Below, piece after piece: positions 13,184-27,319 of a stretch of DNA of 64,000 nt (the first letter of the stretch is position 1; each line of letters opens with the position of its first letter). The notes under the pieces were generated by a model. The model ran no database searches. It was not told the DNA's origin and was given only the letters and a program-made list of their open reading frames with translations. The position numbers and the translations under genes were made by a program. The DNA lies in contig CM120640.1 in NCBI GenBank assembly GCA_051362555.1, positions 31,701,967 to 31,765,966 of the forward strand, in the 5' to 3' direction. This DNA is from Lingula anatina (taxonomy: Eukaryota > Animalia > Brachiopoda).

Positions 13184-14428
13184 GTTAAATGTACTCTTCC
13201 ATGATATTTCATATGTGTCTAATGTTACATTTTCCAAACTTGATGAATATGAAGCAAAAGAAGATGTCTATATTATTAACGGAGAGCGTGAACACAAGAG
13301 ACGATTTCACGTTGTCGCTGTTTAGCCGCCGATTCAGGATCGCAGCGTGCTTTCCCAACTCTGTGAAGTTAAGTGTACTCTTTCCTAATATTTTTTTATG
13401 TGTTTAATGTTAGATTTTCTAAACTTTATGAATATAAAGCAAAATACGATGCATATTCTAAGCGGAAAGCGTGCTCACAAGATCGGCACCATGTTGCCCA
13501 TGTCCCAATTTCGTTACCCAGTATCGTGGACGTACATTTTAATGTATTAAAATAGCAAAAAAAAAAAAAAAAAAAAATCAAGTGAAACTTCAACCAAATA
13601 CTTCTTCTCGTGGTATTTTAAAAAATTATTTCTACCTTAAACATATAAAATTTTAAGATTTATTTCATGTAGATTCCTTACTTCCAGCTCTTAAGACTGA
13701 AGTGGCTGGAAAAAGTGATGTAAGCCCCCCCCCTCCTCCTCCCTATATCAAAACCACTCTGCCCCTTGCTCCTTCAACACTATCGTTTGCTGAATCATAT
13801 TCCGCGTATCTCTCTCGACAGCTAAATAGTTTACGCGGTCTGCAACATTTTAGGGAGAAACAGATGAAATATAGCTTCTGTTATAATTTCTGCCAAGTTT
13901 TATGTCGCATAACTAAAGAAGTCAATTAGTTTTTATCCCTTTAAAAAGTTTTCAATATACTCTGCTTTTAAGTGGTTCGAAGAGTCCCAAATATTTTGCT
14001 GGCATCTTGACGATTTTTTCTTTCCTGCTTCCCCCCAAAACCGTCCTTACCCAAAAAATCGATAATCGTATGGGATTTTTATACAGGCAATTGACCTACT
14101 TTGGGCAAGTGCAGTTATCGGCGCTATTTAACAATTTTATGACTTGGGCGTGAAAACGTGATTCACGTCTGTGATACGAAAGTTATTTATGTTGATTTGA
14201 TTAATAAACAGCGCGTGTCGATCGAGTCTTTCGAAGATTTTTTAGCAGAAGGGAAATTGCTTTTAATGGAGAATGGAAAATGTGCATACTCTCTTATATG
14301 CAAATTAGATTGCCTTGAGTTATAAACTGGCCGGAAGTGATGTTCATCTCTGTAACGAGGCCGGTGGAACACAATCTAAATATCGCTGCAAACAAAGTTG
14401 GGAGGTTTATCAGACATTAGTATTACAC

Positions 14429-14460
<32 letters not shown>

Positions 14461-15205
14461 CGAAATCAATGGAAAAAAGTTACCATAGAAGTGGTTTATA
14501 TGTTTTAAAAATAAACATTTTTTCATTTAAATTTAAGAGCACAAACCTTAAGATGATTTGAATTTGTGCTATTAAAATCAATATAATAAAATTCTAAGTG
14601 AATCATAGAATATGTCATTTTAGTTATTTTCCTTTAATTACGTGTACATTCACAAATGTAGACAAATGAAATCCGGTGAAGCATGCGGCCAACTGCTGAC
14701 CAGTTGGTGTTTTTCCTCTGGATATCACAGATGATTTTTGAAAACCTTCGAAAATTTTGAAGCTTCGTACAATCGTCTTATGTGTTATGTTTCAGATTGC
14801 ACCAAATGTGGAACTTACAGAAGAGGAAAATCATTACGATATGAAGCAGCAATAGCATTTTTAGAGGAAGAGTCAGCTTTTCTCAGGGAGTTAGGACTAA
14901 AATTGTTGTAATTTAAATTGGATCAGGCGGATGACAAGGGCTTTTATATACCAATACTGCCTTGTATCTAACAGAAAGACAACATGCACATTACTGGCAT
15001 CTTTTCTATTTTATAGATTATAATTGTTCGAAAAGAAAAAAAAACTGATATTTTCTCATTTGACTTTGCAACTAATGACATTCTAAGAAAGGACTACTGT
15101 ATCGTTTGTTTGTGTAAATAACAACGGTTGTTTTAAATTGATGACACGTGTGATTATCATGTGTACAATAAAAAGTAGTTGTAAGTTTATTGGATTTTTT
15201 TATAC

Positions 15206-15269
15206 AGGGGGGGGGGGGAGTTGCTTTGCATCCGCAGACCCCCTTCAAATAATCCTGGATCCGCCCCTG
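15206..15269. mobile_element. MITE right-end fragment, same family
   Basis: gcatccgcagacccccttcaaataatcctggatccgcccctg. Confidence 0.7.
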
Positions 15270-16855
15270 AGCTATCCATAGTTATTTTATACGTTTACGG
15301 TTCAGTTAGCCTAAACGATGCATCGTGAGGCCGTACGCTAACCATTCACTGTGATCGCCTCACTACATGTACTGTATTCGACTATCACTTTATTGTATGC
15401 TTACTTATTTCATTCTTCATTATGGCGTTCTAGTAACATGATAAATTCCTCTAAATGTTGCAGCAATTCTGGTATCGAGAACTGCGTTATTCGAAGACAA
15501 CTGACGGAGGAAAAAAATTCGCCTACATCGTTTGAAGAAGTTGTGATTGATGATTATTATTATTTTATATATCTTTTTATAAATATAGGTGGACGTTATT
15601 TAAAAAACTTAAATGAATTGGAGTTAATAATTAGTTATCAGTTCTTAAATTTTTAAGCGAAAATCTTTTCGCTGAAACAAACCTTTTGCCGATTCATAAT
15701 TCAACGCTCGATATGAAATAGAGATGTAGCATTCACCGATTTGAACAAGTTTTTTCCCTCTAATTGAAATCCAAACTATTCAGAGGCAAGTAAAATGAAC
15801 AAACTTGGATAAAGCTTATCTGGTGGTTATAGCAACATCACCACGTAAAAACCGCATTTATGATGTAAATTAATTGTTACGTTGCTGACGTTGCGCTATG
15901 CAAGACGGCCCTACAGAGACCAAGAATTTTTGCTGATTTTGCATAGGGTCTAAATTTGCTAAAAAAAAAAAAAAAAAAAAAAGAGAGAGAGAGAGAGAAA
16001 AAATCTTATGCACAATTAAAATTTATGGATGACAATATTTCTCTGTTGAATTTCTTTACACCGAAGGAAAACACGAGCATGCCTTATTTAGAGCTCACAT
16101 AAATAATTACGGTTCAGTGTAAAAAGAAAATATATCAAATGTTGAAAGTCATCGACTCTATTACTGTTTTGCAATTAAAATAGAATGCTACAATGAAAGC
16201 ATGGGTATATCGTTTTCAGGATGCTACATTTCACTATAAGCCCACTTTCGTGATTTTATTTAATTGTTTCGAAGATCTATTAGATCTCAACTACATATTT
16301 TACTCAGAAAGAGGGGGGGGGGTGGAGATTAGATTGGTTTGTCTCCTCTGCATTCGCTTGGCTTATTATTTTATTTTTTTAAATCTGTTGTAATTTTGTC
16401 AACAATGTCAACAATTTTGGCTTAGTTTCTAGATCTAATCTAATCTAATTTGAAAACATATTGCAGTGAAAGCAATGTAGGCCTAACTTGTTAGAAAAAT
16501 TTTATCCGCAGCGTTACATTCAAATGTGACGTCGTTGCGTTACGTTGCATTCACAATGTTTGCATTGCATTCACGACGTTTAGCATTTATGTCATTGGCT
16601 AGTTGCCAAATGCTGACGTCAGTTGGTTACGTTCCTGGCATATTGCCAGTTTTTTGTTTTGGCAACAGACCTAAGCACGTCATTTTTCAATACAATTTTG
16701 ATAATTTTGAAACTCGGAGGAACATGGAATCCACTGTTCTATTGATGGTCAGAATAGCGATTTTAACTTCAAAAAAATTAATTCGATTGTCTTACAGAGG
16801 ACAGAGCAACAGCAGATATATATAGAAAGATTTAATTGATTATCTCTTGGTGTCA

Positions 16856-19800
16856 CAGTCTGTCCGCAGATTCCGAGCTGCACGTGCACACTGTCTGAAG
16901 CGACGGCCATTTTCGCACTACTTTCAGCAAAATCGAGTGAAAATGGACGACTTTTGAGCTCTTCGTATTTTCATGTGTAGTTTTGTCAACAGTTGATTTG
17001 ATTAAACGATAGATATATAAAAAGAAGCGGGGATATCTAGGGATTCGGAATCTTAAGGTTAGTTGTCATAAAAATTAGATTCAGAACGGTAAAATGGAAG
17101 ATTTATCCACGCGGGTGATTGCAAATGGTGCCCCGTTTCAGGTGTCCGAAATTTTCTATTTGAAGATCTCTATAAAAAGTTTAAATTGTACAAAGTTTTA
17201 AAAACTAAATCATGAAAGCTGGTTAAACTGGGTCTCTGGCAGTATATATATATTGAAAATTCAGCTTTGTCCATTTTTTTTAGTGCGAGGTGAACTCGAC
17301 GCCAAGCACTCGCATTTTTGAAGCGTGTAACACTAGGGTGTTTCAATTTAAACAAAATTGCTACAATGTTGAAATCACCAGCGTTTTATATATATTCTAA
17401 AAGGTAAACAAGTGTGCTTTGTGTTGATATGAAACACATGTTGCGTTTGGGTCCCACCTCGTTGGCAAAGTGTTCATATTCCCGTGAAGTCGGTGTAAAA
17501 GTCGGCAAAATCGATTTTTTCAAGTGCATTAAGTTACTGTGATTATGTATCGCAGGAAACGCAAAATATTTTCAAACAATTACATCCTGCAGAAAGATAA
17601 GATCATAAACTTTCAAATGATATATCATAAGGTATATCTCCTACAATTTTTACCCATTTTGTGTGGGGAAATTAGTGCATCTCCAAAACGACGACAAAAA
17701 TGGAACCCCATTTTCATCATAATTTATAGCGTCACGTGACCAACCTGAAGCACTGACCCGACTTGGCAAGACTACAAGTTTTCTTAAATATTCTGAATAT
17801 CAGAGCAAACAAGTTACAATAAAATTAAAATACGAACAAGTGCTGTGCATCTAACATCAGAAATATTCCAAGAGTTATATAAACTCATTCTTAAAACATC
17901 AAAAATTGTATAGTTATGATCCACTCCACAAGAAATCCAGTGTGAATTTTGACCGATATAGAAAGATATTGCTAGATGATAAGATCTAGTTATAAATAAA
18001 ACAAGATTTTTTTTTTAATTGGATAAATATTTACAATGAAGTACTGGTCTATGGCCAGGTTGTACTTTTTAAAGCCTGAAAGGGTTTTGATAAAAAAAAT
18101 CATTCAACTCCGGTTTATTCATTATATTAAGATCTGCACTTCTGCCTTATTCTCTTATTTTACTGCTCAATATTTATTTCTATGTACTAGTACTATTTTT
18201 GTCTCTTACATATTAAACTATTTAAAATAAGACCCTTACAATTGCAATTTGAAAAAAATATCCCTTATCTATTTAAAATTTACATTTCTCTTTTTAAAAG
18301 TGCAAAATTTTGAAATCTGTGTGATAAACAAAACTAAGTAAACATTTAAAACTCATGTCCTTAAAGCACTGTCCCTGGGAAATGTTCATTCAGCCTCATG
18401 AATATGCACTGAACTTTTTGAAAGTTTTTAAAAACCTTTTTGCCTTTTAAATTAAAGCAGTTAACAAGGCTCCAATAAACTCGTTGGCCAACTTGATGTC
18501 TATTCTGAGGGCAGGAGAAGCACCGGCCTAGGCCTGCCCCAGCAAGTTATGAATATTATACTTTAGCCAAAACTGACATACAATCAAGATCATCCCCAAC
18601 TGAAAATTCTTGAATATAATTTGTAATTAAATACATATCAAAGTGCATTAAAAATGAAAAAAAAAAAAAAACTTCAGTATACGAGTATGTTTCAATTTTT
18701 TTATTTCCTTAGAATCTTCAATGGCCAGGTCATTTACCTGGATATGATAGTCAGAAAACAAAATCAATTTTCAAGTTCAAAATTGGGCTGTTTTCCCAGA
18801 GTGCCACCCTGCCACACAGTGGTTGATAGATTCCTTGACTAAATGATCATCAAAACTTGGCCCCTATAAAACTGCTGTCAAAATTTTGTTAACTTAAGCA
18901 CAATATTCCCCAAACTTGACCTCCAGTCAGATTCGGTTCTTTTGAGAGCACTGTATCCTCTCTCCACCTGAGAAGTGGACAGGCTGAACAAGGCAATTTC
19001 AAATAGCATTATTGTATGTATTCTAATCTTTGTCTGGTCTCCTAGCCTTGAAACAAATCAGTACACATATCTTTACTTTTATTCACTATAAACATGCCAC
19101 CTATGTGCTCTTTAAAGGCAGGCCACTCTCAATGGAAGTCTTTTGGGTCAAAGCCCATCCTGTATAATACTTGAAGAAAATAATGTTCCAGAACTTGTCT
19201 GCTATGAGAAAGGTTTCTAGGGTAAAAAATATCCAAGACTCTACAGTACAAAACACCATCTCTTGTTCAGTCACACCTGCATCAACAGCACCATCAAACA
19301 AAACCGTATAGAAAATAATTTTCCCTGGTCTTGACCAGAACATCTCTTCCCTAATTGTCAGCTGATATGCCCAAATTGGGAATCTGTTAAAAATAAATAT
19401 AATAAAATGATAAAATCATACATGTAGAAACAAGAAATTTATACAAAGCAGATAAAAACTGAAATTTTTACATGAAAAATCCATAGATTAAAAAAAAAAA
19501 AAAATCACCTCATTGTCAGTCTCACACCAGTTGTTTATCAAAGTAATTTCTTACCATACTATATAATAATAATAATTCCTTGGTCCTACTACTAGTAATC
19601 TACACATTTTATGTAAACAAAGTACAACTGTAACTTTGCAACAAAATGTAACATTCACTAGTACTGAACGTCAACAAGTGCATCTGAACTATGCGAAGGG
19701 AGGTTACTCCAAAATCATTTCTATACATTTCGGCGCTTATATGAAACATAGTGAATTAAAAAAAAGACTCACCTTTTAGTCGGCAAACCCAAAGCTATGT

Positions 19801-20521
19801 AACTTGAAAGGCAGATTTTTCCATTCTAAAACCATATACACTGTATGTTATGGTTGATCTCCAGCACCGATGTCTTTTTTTCACGTATTATTTTCCATTA
19901 CAACTCTCACTATGACAGTGACACATTGTATACTATAAATATACACTTGAAAAGATGAACATTCAATTTTTTTCAACCGAAATGCAAGATTTACCGAGAA
20001 AAACGCTCTCCAGTCACTTGCTCAGTGCAACGTGACAGTCCCAGTTTCGACTGACCCACATAGTTCGCACTAAAATAGGGATTTCACAAAAAAGGACGGT
20101 TGTACAAATTTTTTATTCTTTTTGGCTCAATTCCAGCATATACAGTTGCATAAATCGTTATAATATCAATTAAGCATGTTTGTCCATTTTTTCTACAATC
20201 ATTTCATTTTAGGGTACAAAATTACACGATCTGCTTGAGAAAAATGCGTATGCTATTTTTAGACAACTGATACAAGGCTTTCGTCGAAATTGAAATGTTC
20301 ATTTTACATTGTGCGTTTACATCAAGTTCTAAATTTTATTTTTTGAAAGTTTCAAGCGGAATAATGAGTTATTCACAGAGCTTCATGGATTTATATAACA
20401 ACTACGGGTTTTTGAAAACATGGCGCGAAACACACGTCGCGGACTATTTTGTGCAAGCGCGTAGGTGTTTTTGTAATGATCACCGCTTACGCATTGATAT
20501 GCCAGATCTGCGGACAGACTG
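16856..20521. mobile_element. 3.7-kb defective DNA transposon with 16-bp perfect TIRs
   Basis: CAGTCTGTCCGCAGAT at 16856-16871 and its exact reverse complement at 20506-20521; TCA directly flanks both ends. Confidence 0.8.
18800..19383 (-). pseudogene. hAT (ZNF862-like) transposase remnant, internally deleted
   Basis: FYTVLFDGAVDAGVTEQEMVFC resembles the first catalytic Asp motif DGSTD..xEQE. LFEIALFSLSTSQVERGYSALKRTESDWRSSL matches the hAT C-terminal dimerisation motif. The two lie only about 250 nt apart, with stops nearby. Confidence 0.75.
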
Positions 20522-21507
20522 TCATGTATTAGTATTTAATAAGCACTTCGCTAGTTCAGGAAAATGACCAGTTCCGGTTCGGTCAAAATTAAATATTAAG
20601 AATCAAAGAACCGGGCAAATCACACTATTTAAATCGAAGGTCTAGAATCAGTATTTCCAATAATTAAGTAAATGTTGAATCAAAAATGTCCATCCTTGAC
20701 GTGAGATGTGAACCACCTGTCGCCCTAATTTTGTTATAAAAATGCAGCATTTTGCCGCATTCGGTGTGTTCGGTAAATGTTCTGCGAGTCGGGAAAGTAG
20801 TAGCATAGGAAGGAGTAACTGAGGGAGAGACGTTGTGGTCACATCTTCAACTTGATGTAGTCCGTGTGCGCAGAACAAAATTCCTTTTAGAGGAAAAAGA
20901 GAGTTGTTTATAACTTTACAGTGACGCGCTTTTATCACACGTAAAAGCCCCCGTCACAATATAAAGCGAGCACGCTTCACGAGCGTCAGTTGACAACGAG
21001 CTTGCACAGTGAGCAGACTTACGTCACTTCACAGCGATTTTCTAGGCATTTTCCACTGTCAGTTGCCTCAGGCTTTCATATTTTCTACATTATTTTACCA
21101 CTGTATCTTGAAAAAGATATTGGTGAGTCTTTCTGGATATTATGTATTCAAAGTTGCAATTTTAAGAAATCTTTTTTTTTTTTAGGTTTTGGGCATTTCG
21201 TTTTTTATAACTATTTTTGAAAACTTATAGGCTATCTATCAAAAGCACTTTGGTAGAATTATGCATCATTCCCATTAATTTTTATTTATTTATTTATTTA
21301 TTTATTTATTTGTGTGAAACAATATATTTCGTTTTCAACGAAAGTTGCTGTAGTTCGGCCACGTTTCTTAAGATTTTTTTTTTGCTGAGAATTCTACAAT
21401 TATCCCCATGCTACACCTCAGATGCATGCTTCTGTACACTGACTATGACTTTAAGATCTACACACACCCAGTTATGTACAACAAAAACAATTTTGCTCCT
21501 TTCAGAA

Positions 21508-22158
21508 ATGTGTAGTACAACTGTACCCACACGTAGTGGAGTCCACTACCACTCATATTATTGCCCATGTGGATGTGGTGGCATCTTTAGAACCAAAACA
21601 AAGGTACCAAATACAGTGTTAGCCACTATGGCTTCAACGCTGTTTACCTTTGCCATGCACACACTTAAGAATGTCTTTGGAAGCACCACTTTTAAGTCTA
21701 GAATCCCTATAGCAGTAAATGGGTGCCTCCGTTCTACTGAGAGGGCACACTGCCCAGCGGTTGTAATCCAAAGAATACCTAAACCTAGTCGTATTCCCGT
21801 TGCTACTAAAGCTTTGTATGGTGGCGGTGAGGGGAGAAACGAAAGGGGGGAAATTATTGTGGCTGATTCTCTGTGGAGGATGAGAGGTAAGCGTGCTCGT
21901 AAAACGCCTATGCCTAGATCTCTTCTGCGTTCTCCTTGGCACCCTATCAGCTCTAGGCACACTTCAAGAAGTGTTGCCGATGCTTTGAGGAAGACAGAGC
22001 TACATGGTCGCTCTAAGTTTTGTGGTGATGAGTTTACTCCTTGTAGTCGCAATGTAAGAGTTAAAAACAATGCATTGGTATCAGAAGTGATACGCACTTC
22101 TACAAGGCGTTCAACGTTTACTGGCTCTGTATTGAGAATGTTCTGTTTGGGGTGGTAG
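21508..22158 (+). CDS. Orphan basic Arg/Ser/Thr-rich protein, 216 aa, with two SxIP motifs
   Basis: Long open frame in AT-rich DNA. Acceptor ttttgctcctttcAG ends at 21505, just before the ATG. There is an upstream donor G|GTGAGT at 21122/21123 and a TATAAA near 20961. No recognisable domain. Confidence 0.5.
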   Translation: MCSTTVPTRSGVHYHSYYCPCGCGGIFRTKTKVPNTVLATMASTLFTFAMHTLKNVFGSTTFKSRIPIAVNGCLRSTERAHCPAVVIQRIPKPSRIPVATKALYGGGEGRNERGEIIVADSLWRMRGKRARKTPMPRSLLRSPWHPISSRHTSRSVADALRKTELHGRSKFCGDEFTPCSRNVRVKNNALVSEVIRTSTRRSTFTGSVLRMFCLGW

Positions 22159-24246
22159 CTCAGTACTTGTGTCCCTAATTGTACATATTTTATATTGTTT
22201 ATGATATGGCATTCAGTTCTTCAGATAGCATCTGCAAATTTTCATTGCTTATTTTAATTTTTTTTTTTTTTGCATTCTATACAAGTATTTCTTACAAACT
22301 TTTTACAACTTAAATTTACATTGAATACCACTTGCACTGTAATCACTGTGATGACTGTGTGGAATATTTTAAGTTTTAGATAATTTCAAATTAATATTCA
22401 ATTTGTTTTGGACACTTGGTGTGGAAAATTCAACTATTTTAATTATAAAGATAAAAGTAAGATAAATTTAACAAATTTAAACCAAATTTCTCTGTTCACT
22501 TTATAGTTTATTTTTGTTTGCATAGTTTGTTTGCATAGTTTGCATGCGTGTAAACAATATATACAATTTTTTCTGTCTCATCAAGCAATCTTTATTGATA
22601 ACACTTTTTGCAGTATTTATGTTATATCTGGTTGTCATTGACTACATATTCATTAGAATATCTCTGAGGAGGATCATGTTCTTGTTGGTGCTGGCCACAC
22701 TGACAGGAACATTTGGAAAGTTCATGATCAACCCTTATTGATTTTGGCCAAATCTGTAAGGACATTGGTCATGATCTTTTCATCATAGCATGTGTTTGTG
22801 TTGATGAAGGGCCCCATCAACACCAACAATGTTATATTCCTCTGGAAGAGTGAGTATGTAGATAAACCACCACCAGTTATTTCATTTTTGCTGCAGAAAA
22901 GTCTTGTCATCTCAATACTTGTGGAGGAAATTTCTTTATGATAGGAGAAAACTAATCAATGTTTGAAGGATAAGATGCTTTCTAAAGGTATTTTTTAAAT
23001 CTTACTTTCCTATGACAGGGTGATATGCTCTATTTTCAATAGTTCAAAAGTTTGTCATTTTCTGATTTATCTTCCACGCAGTCATTCCCTTTCAACTTGT
23101 ATATGCAGTCGTGTTCATAAAGAAAATATGACATTTAAAGAAAAGTCCTTGTCAATTTTGATGTAAAATCATAGTTAAATAAGAAATAAAAAACTTTTTC
23201 ATACACTACATCTTGTCGTTGTTGTTGTTGTTTGCCTCTCTCTCTCTCTCTGATACAATCTAATACAATTAAATAAATGTTTGAGAATTTAAATCAACCT
23301 CTTGTCATTAATATTTTTGGCATTGCAGAGTGAATGATAAAGTATTACTGTTAACGATGTCTGTTGCACTCCCCTCTGTTTTCTGGTTTTCTGTCTCTCT
23401 CAACCTCTCTCCCCTCATTCTCTCTCTCTCTCTCTCAGACGTATAACAAAACACAAGATACAATAATGAAATAATTTTATGTAGAGTGTAATAACCTTAT
23501 AAATTTATTCTGTAGAGTTTTCAAATAAAATGCAATACAAATACAACTAAAACACAAAGTTGAGGATAATTTAGATTAAAAAGTAATGGTACTAAAAGCG
23601 GTGTCCCTTAATTTGCCTAAAACACCGCAAGAGGGGAATATTTACCTTCAAAATAAATCACCCCGGCAACCATTATTGTACGGAGAAGCAGAATGAAATT
23701 ACACTGGTGTTAGACAAAATGACGTAGAAATACAGTTGCTTAACTAGCTGTTTTAAACAGGCTCTCGACTTTTTGGTTTGTTTTATACAGTATATCTGCT
23801 AGTATTCCTGTGAAAATAATTGTAACAACTTGTCGCCAATGATCACTGATAGTGAAACTGACACCATCTGAATGATATAAATTTATAAAACTGGTATAAT
23901 TATGATTTTGTCAGACAAGAATGAACACATTCTCAACAAAGAAAAATGAGTCAAAAGTACTTTATTAGGTACTGTACGGACTATACTACAGTACTAAACT
24001 TTAGCGGGTGGTAACGGTTGAAAGGAAATGTAAATTTGACATTGGTTTTCTGCAATTAAATTGTCAATTTTAACCACAGGTAGGGAAATATTGATAAATG
24101 TTTGTATTTGACTGATACAGCTTACAGTGTCCAACGTCACAAAATCACTAAGAGTCATTGTAATTTTAGTGCAGTTTTATATAATAGATTAAATGCCAAA
24201 TTCAGCAAATTCGTTACACATTTGGCCCTGATGTGTGTATGCTGTG

Positions 24247-24379
24247 CAGTGGCGGATTTAGTAGGGGGTCGGGGGGGGGGGGGGGGGTCCTCAACCCCAC
24301 CCCCTTTCGATGGTCAGGTCGGCTTGACATCCACGCCCCCCCCCCCCCCACCTTCAAATAACCCTGGATCCGCCCCTGC
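24247..24379. mobile_element. MITE, same G/C-run family, internally deleted
   Basis: cagtggcggattta...ggatccgcccctg. Confidence 0.75.
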
Positions 24380-27319
24380 AGAAGAAGCTTCATGTTACCC
24401 TGAGAGATTGCGCTTTCATAAATGTTCGTGAGAATGTTTGACCTCGCTTTAAATATCGATATTAAAAGTCATTTAAGAATACCAATAACATTACCTCATG
24501 AAATTAGAGAGAGAATACAAATGAATCTTGAAAACTGCAAAATGAATGCTCAATAAACGACCAGTTGTCAGCACGAAAAGTATTTTTTTACTCTCAAACG
24601 GGGCCGTGCTACGGGACGCAAAAAGGACGGCGTCCAGTGTAAAGAGGGCTTAAGAAGGTCGCGGAAAACTGTCACAGACAAAGCAAGAAGACCCCCAACG
24701 AAACCTTGACAAATCTTGACCGTACTTCCGATAGAAAAAATTATATGCCCGTCAGTGTAAAATTCTGACCGTTTTCAGGAAGACCAAGAAGATGGCCTCT
24801 ATCCGCCCCTGTTGGTATTATTTCTTGAATCATTTCATATTCTAACATCATAGATTGAATAGTCTGAAGGTCGTCAGCATTTTATCGGCGGTTTTCAAGG
24901 GTGTTCCCATTTGTGCTGGGATTGTACCGTATGTTTTGGACCTGCTTAATATCTTCCGCTGCGGTAGAAAATTAATGCAAAAATTGGCCTTGGCTGAGAT
25001 GATCAAATAATAATAGCGTTGCATACTTAGCTTAGTACATGTTTTGATACTCTAACTCATTCCCAGTTGGCTCTACAAGGCCAAAAGTGTTTAACTGGGC
25101 CAACTAGCCCCGGTCTCCCCTATGGGTCATTATTCTCACACGTAAGAGCTATACCCTAGGAGTGGCGGTGCCGTAATTGAACTCTCTTTAATAATTCAAA
25201 CATACATTTCATACATTGTGCTTATGTAGTCAAAACAACGTAAACTGTCAAAAATATATATTTTAACATTTTTGGCTCTCTCTATTTTTGAACAAACAGG
25301 GTTTTTTTTTACTTTTTGTCCTCACTGCTGACTGTTTTGCTGGGATGGCTTCTTTAGGTCTCACAAACAATAAATGCCATTTGACACTTTGATCTGCGGG
25401 TTTGTAATTGCGAATAATGCTGGATCAACAACTTAAAACCACAATTTCATTGTGCGACCGCGAAAATACTTGTTGCAAGCAGCACAACAAAAATTGTACG
25501 CGATTTGGCCGTGCAGCTGTCATCGTTTCTCCCACTGTTTATAAATGGGTTGTTTTTCTGTATTTTGAGGTGAGATAGCAATCGGTGTGGGACGTAAATT
25601 CATCACTGAACAAGATTTTATAACGAAAATTGGCAGAGTTGACCAGGAGTGTATGGGTTACAATCCCGTGCCGTCATTTGGGATTAAATGTTTTTGTTAT
25701 GCAATTATGAGCCCCTAATCACAGATTTTCAATAAACAAAGGCATTTTATGCTTCATCAACGATAAAATCGTATATAAGACTTCTGTGAAAAATCGCTGT
25801 CAAGATTTTTGGAGTACTAAATGGTGTCATTAAGTCGGCGGTGATCGTGGGTGCTCAGGTATAAAGGAGAAATTTGAGAAATCGATTTAGAAGTTTTTAT
25901 CCCAAAATCACAATAATGACATCACCCGTTAGATGAAATATGTGTTAATGTTAATTAATTTAGCCACTGAACACTGAAGACTTATCCAAAAGAATGCACG
26001 TAAGGCAAAGGGTGACAATATCCTTAATAAGTGGCATTGGATTAATGGACATTTATCAACGCTTGGGTTAGACGATTGTGGCGAAATGCATTCTTTAAGG
26101 AGCGAGAACAAGTTAAGATACATGTTACACTGTTACATACAAGAAGTGGATTACGTACAAAGATTTTATCCGTCATTTCTGTAGACCATCTGATACATTC
26201 TGCTCCTTTCTTCAAAAACACTAAGAAGATTAGGAACACTGAAGAAGGAAACCATCAAATTATCAGAAAAGCTTATCCAACGATTAATCCCGTGTGTGAT
26301 AAAGATAAAGATCTGCTCTAATTTGGAAGACGACTTATGGAGAAATGAAAGCTGCGGGAGCATGTGTCCCGTTGTTGCTGTAAGCTGATGTTTTTTTTTT
26401 TTTTTTTTTTTTTTTTTTTGTTATTGCCTGACAGTTCTCGCCACAGCCTTCTATCCTTTCGAGTCGGAGTTTTGATTACCCGATTTATTGTCACTTTGGT
26501 TTAAAGAAAAACACAACAACTCGTGAGACAACTTCAGTGATTTATTACACACAGATAACGTGCTGACATCTGACGGGAACTGCCTCATGGGGCCTTGACC
26601 GACCCCGTGACCTCTGGTCAAAAGGCACTACTTTACTGACCATCACTCTGGACCCTGCGTCCAACATTACTTCTATATTGGGTGCGTCTACCTAATGGGT
26701 AATTTTTCTTATACGTTTTTGCTATAGTGCTAGATGTGTCAGTGCCTTAGTTAACAAGTCAAAACCTCTCAATAAGTGTGAAAAATTGACATCTTACTTC
26801 ACACCTTGACACCTAAACACTTTTACATATACATACAATGTAACATTACGTGTACAATTTAAATTATTTCCGTCGAGTAATAAATACTCCAGAAATCTCT
26901 GTAGATATCACTTAGCAACTCCCTATTATTGTTATAATAACTATCATTTTGACGTCATTTTACAGTAGGCAAAGATAAAATATTTATGTGAGCCACAGAA
27001 ATGACTTCTAGCAATATACATGTATATAAATTTCCATTTTTTATCCATGGTAACTCAGTGTTACGCTGGGCCCCTTTCAAAGAGAAGACTAGAATATGTT
27101 GACAAGTTTACCTAAGATGTATTTTTACGGTAAAGACAAGCGTTGCAATACAGGGTCTTTAAATTAAATAACTAAAAAGAAGAAAACATTTCATTTGGTG
27201 CTTAATCTACCTTTCTGGAACTGAATTCATCATTTCTATCCTAACCCCCACCCCCAACCTCCCGTGTCCAACCAGTCAATGGATCATTCAAAAGTAGTAG
27301 TGAATCGAAATGAAAAATA

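Noticed and set aside
21558-22097. 179-aa antisense ORF as a separate gene
   Set aside because: It is the mirror frame of the plus-strand ORF with no splice or promoter support of its own; probably a shadow ORF.
26520-26665. tRNA-derived SINE-like segment on the minus strand
   Set aside because: A/B boxes are too degenerate and there is no second copy in the window.
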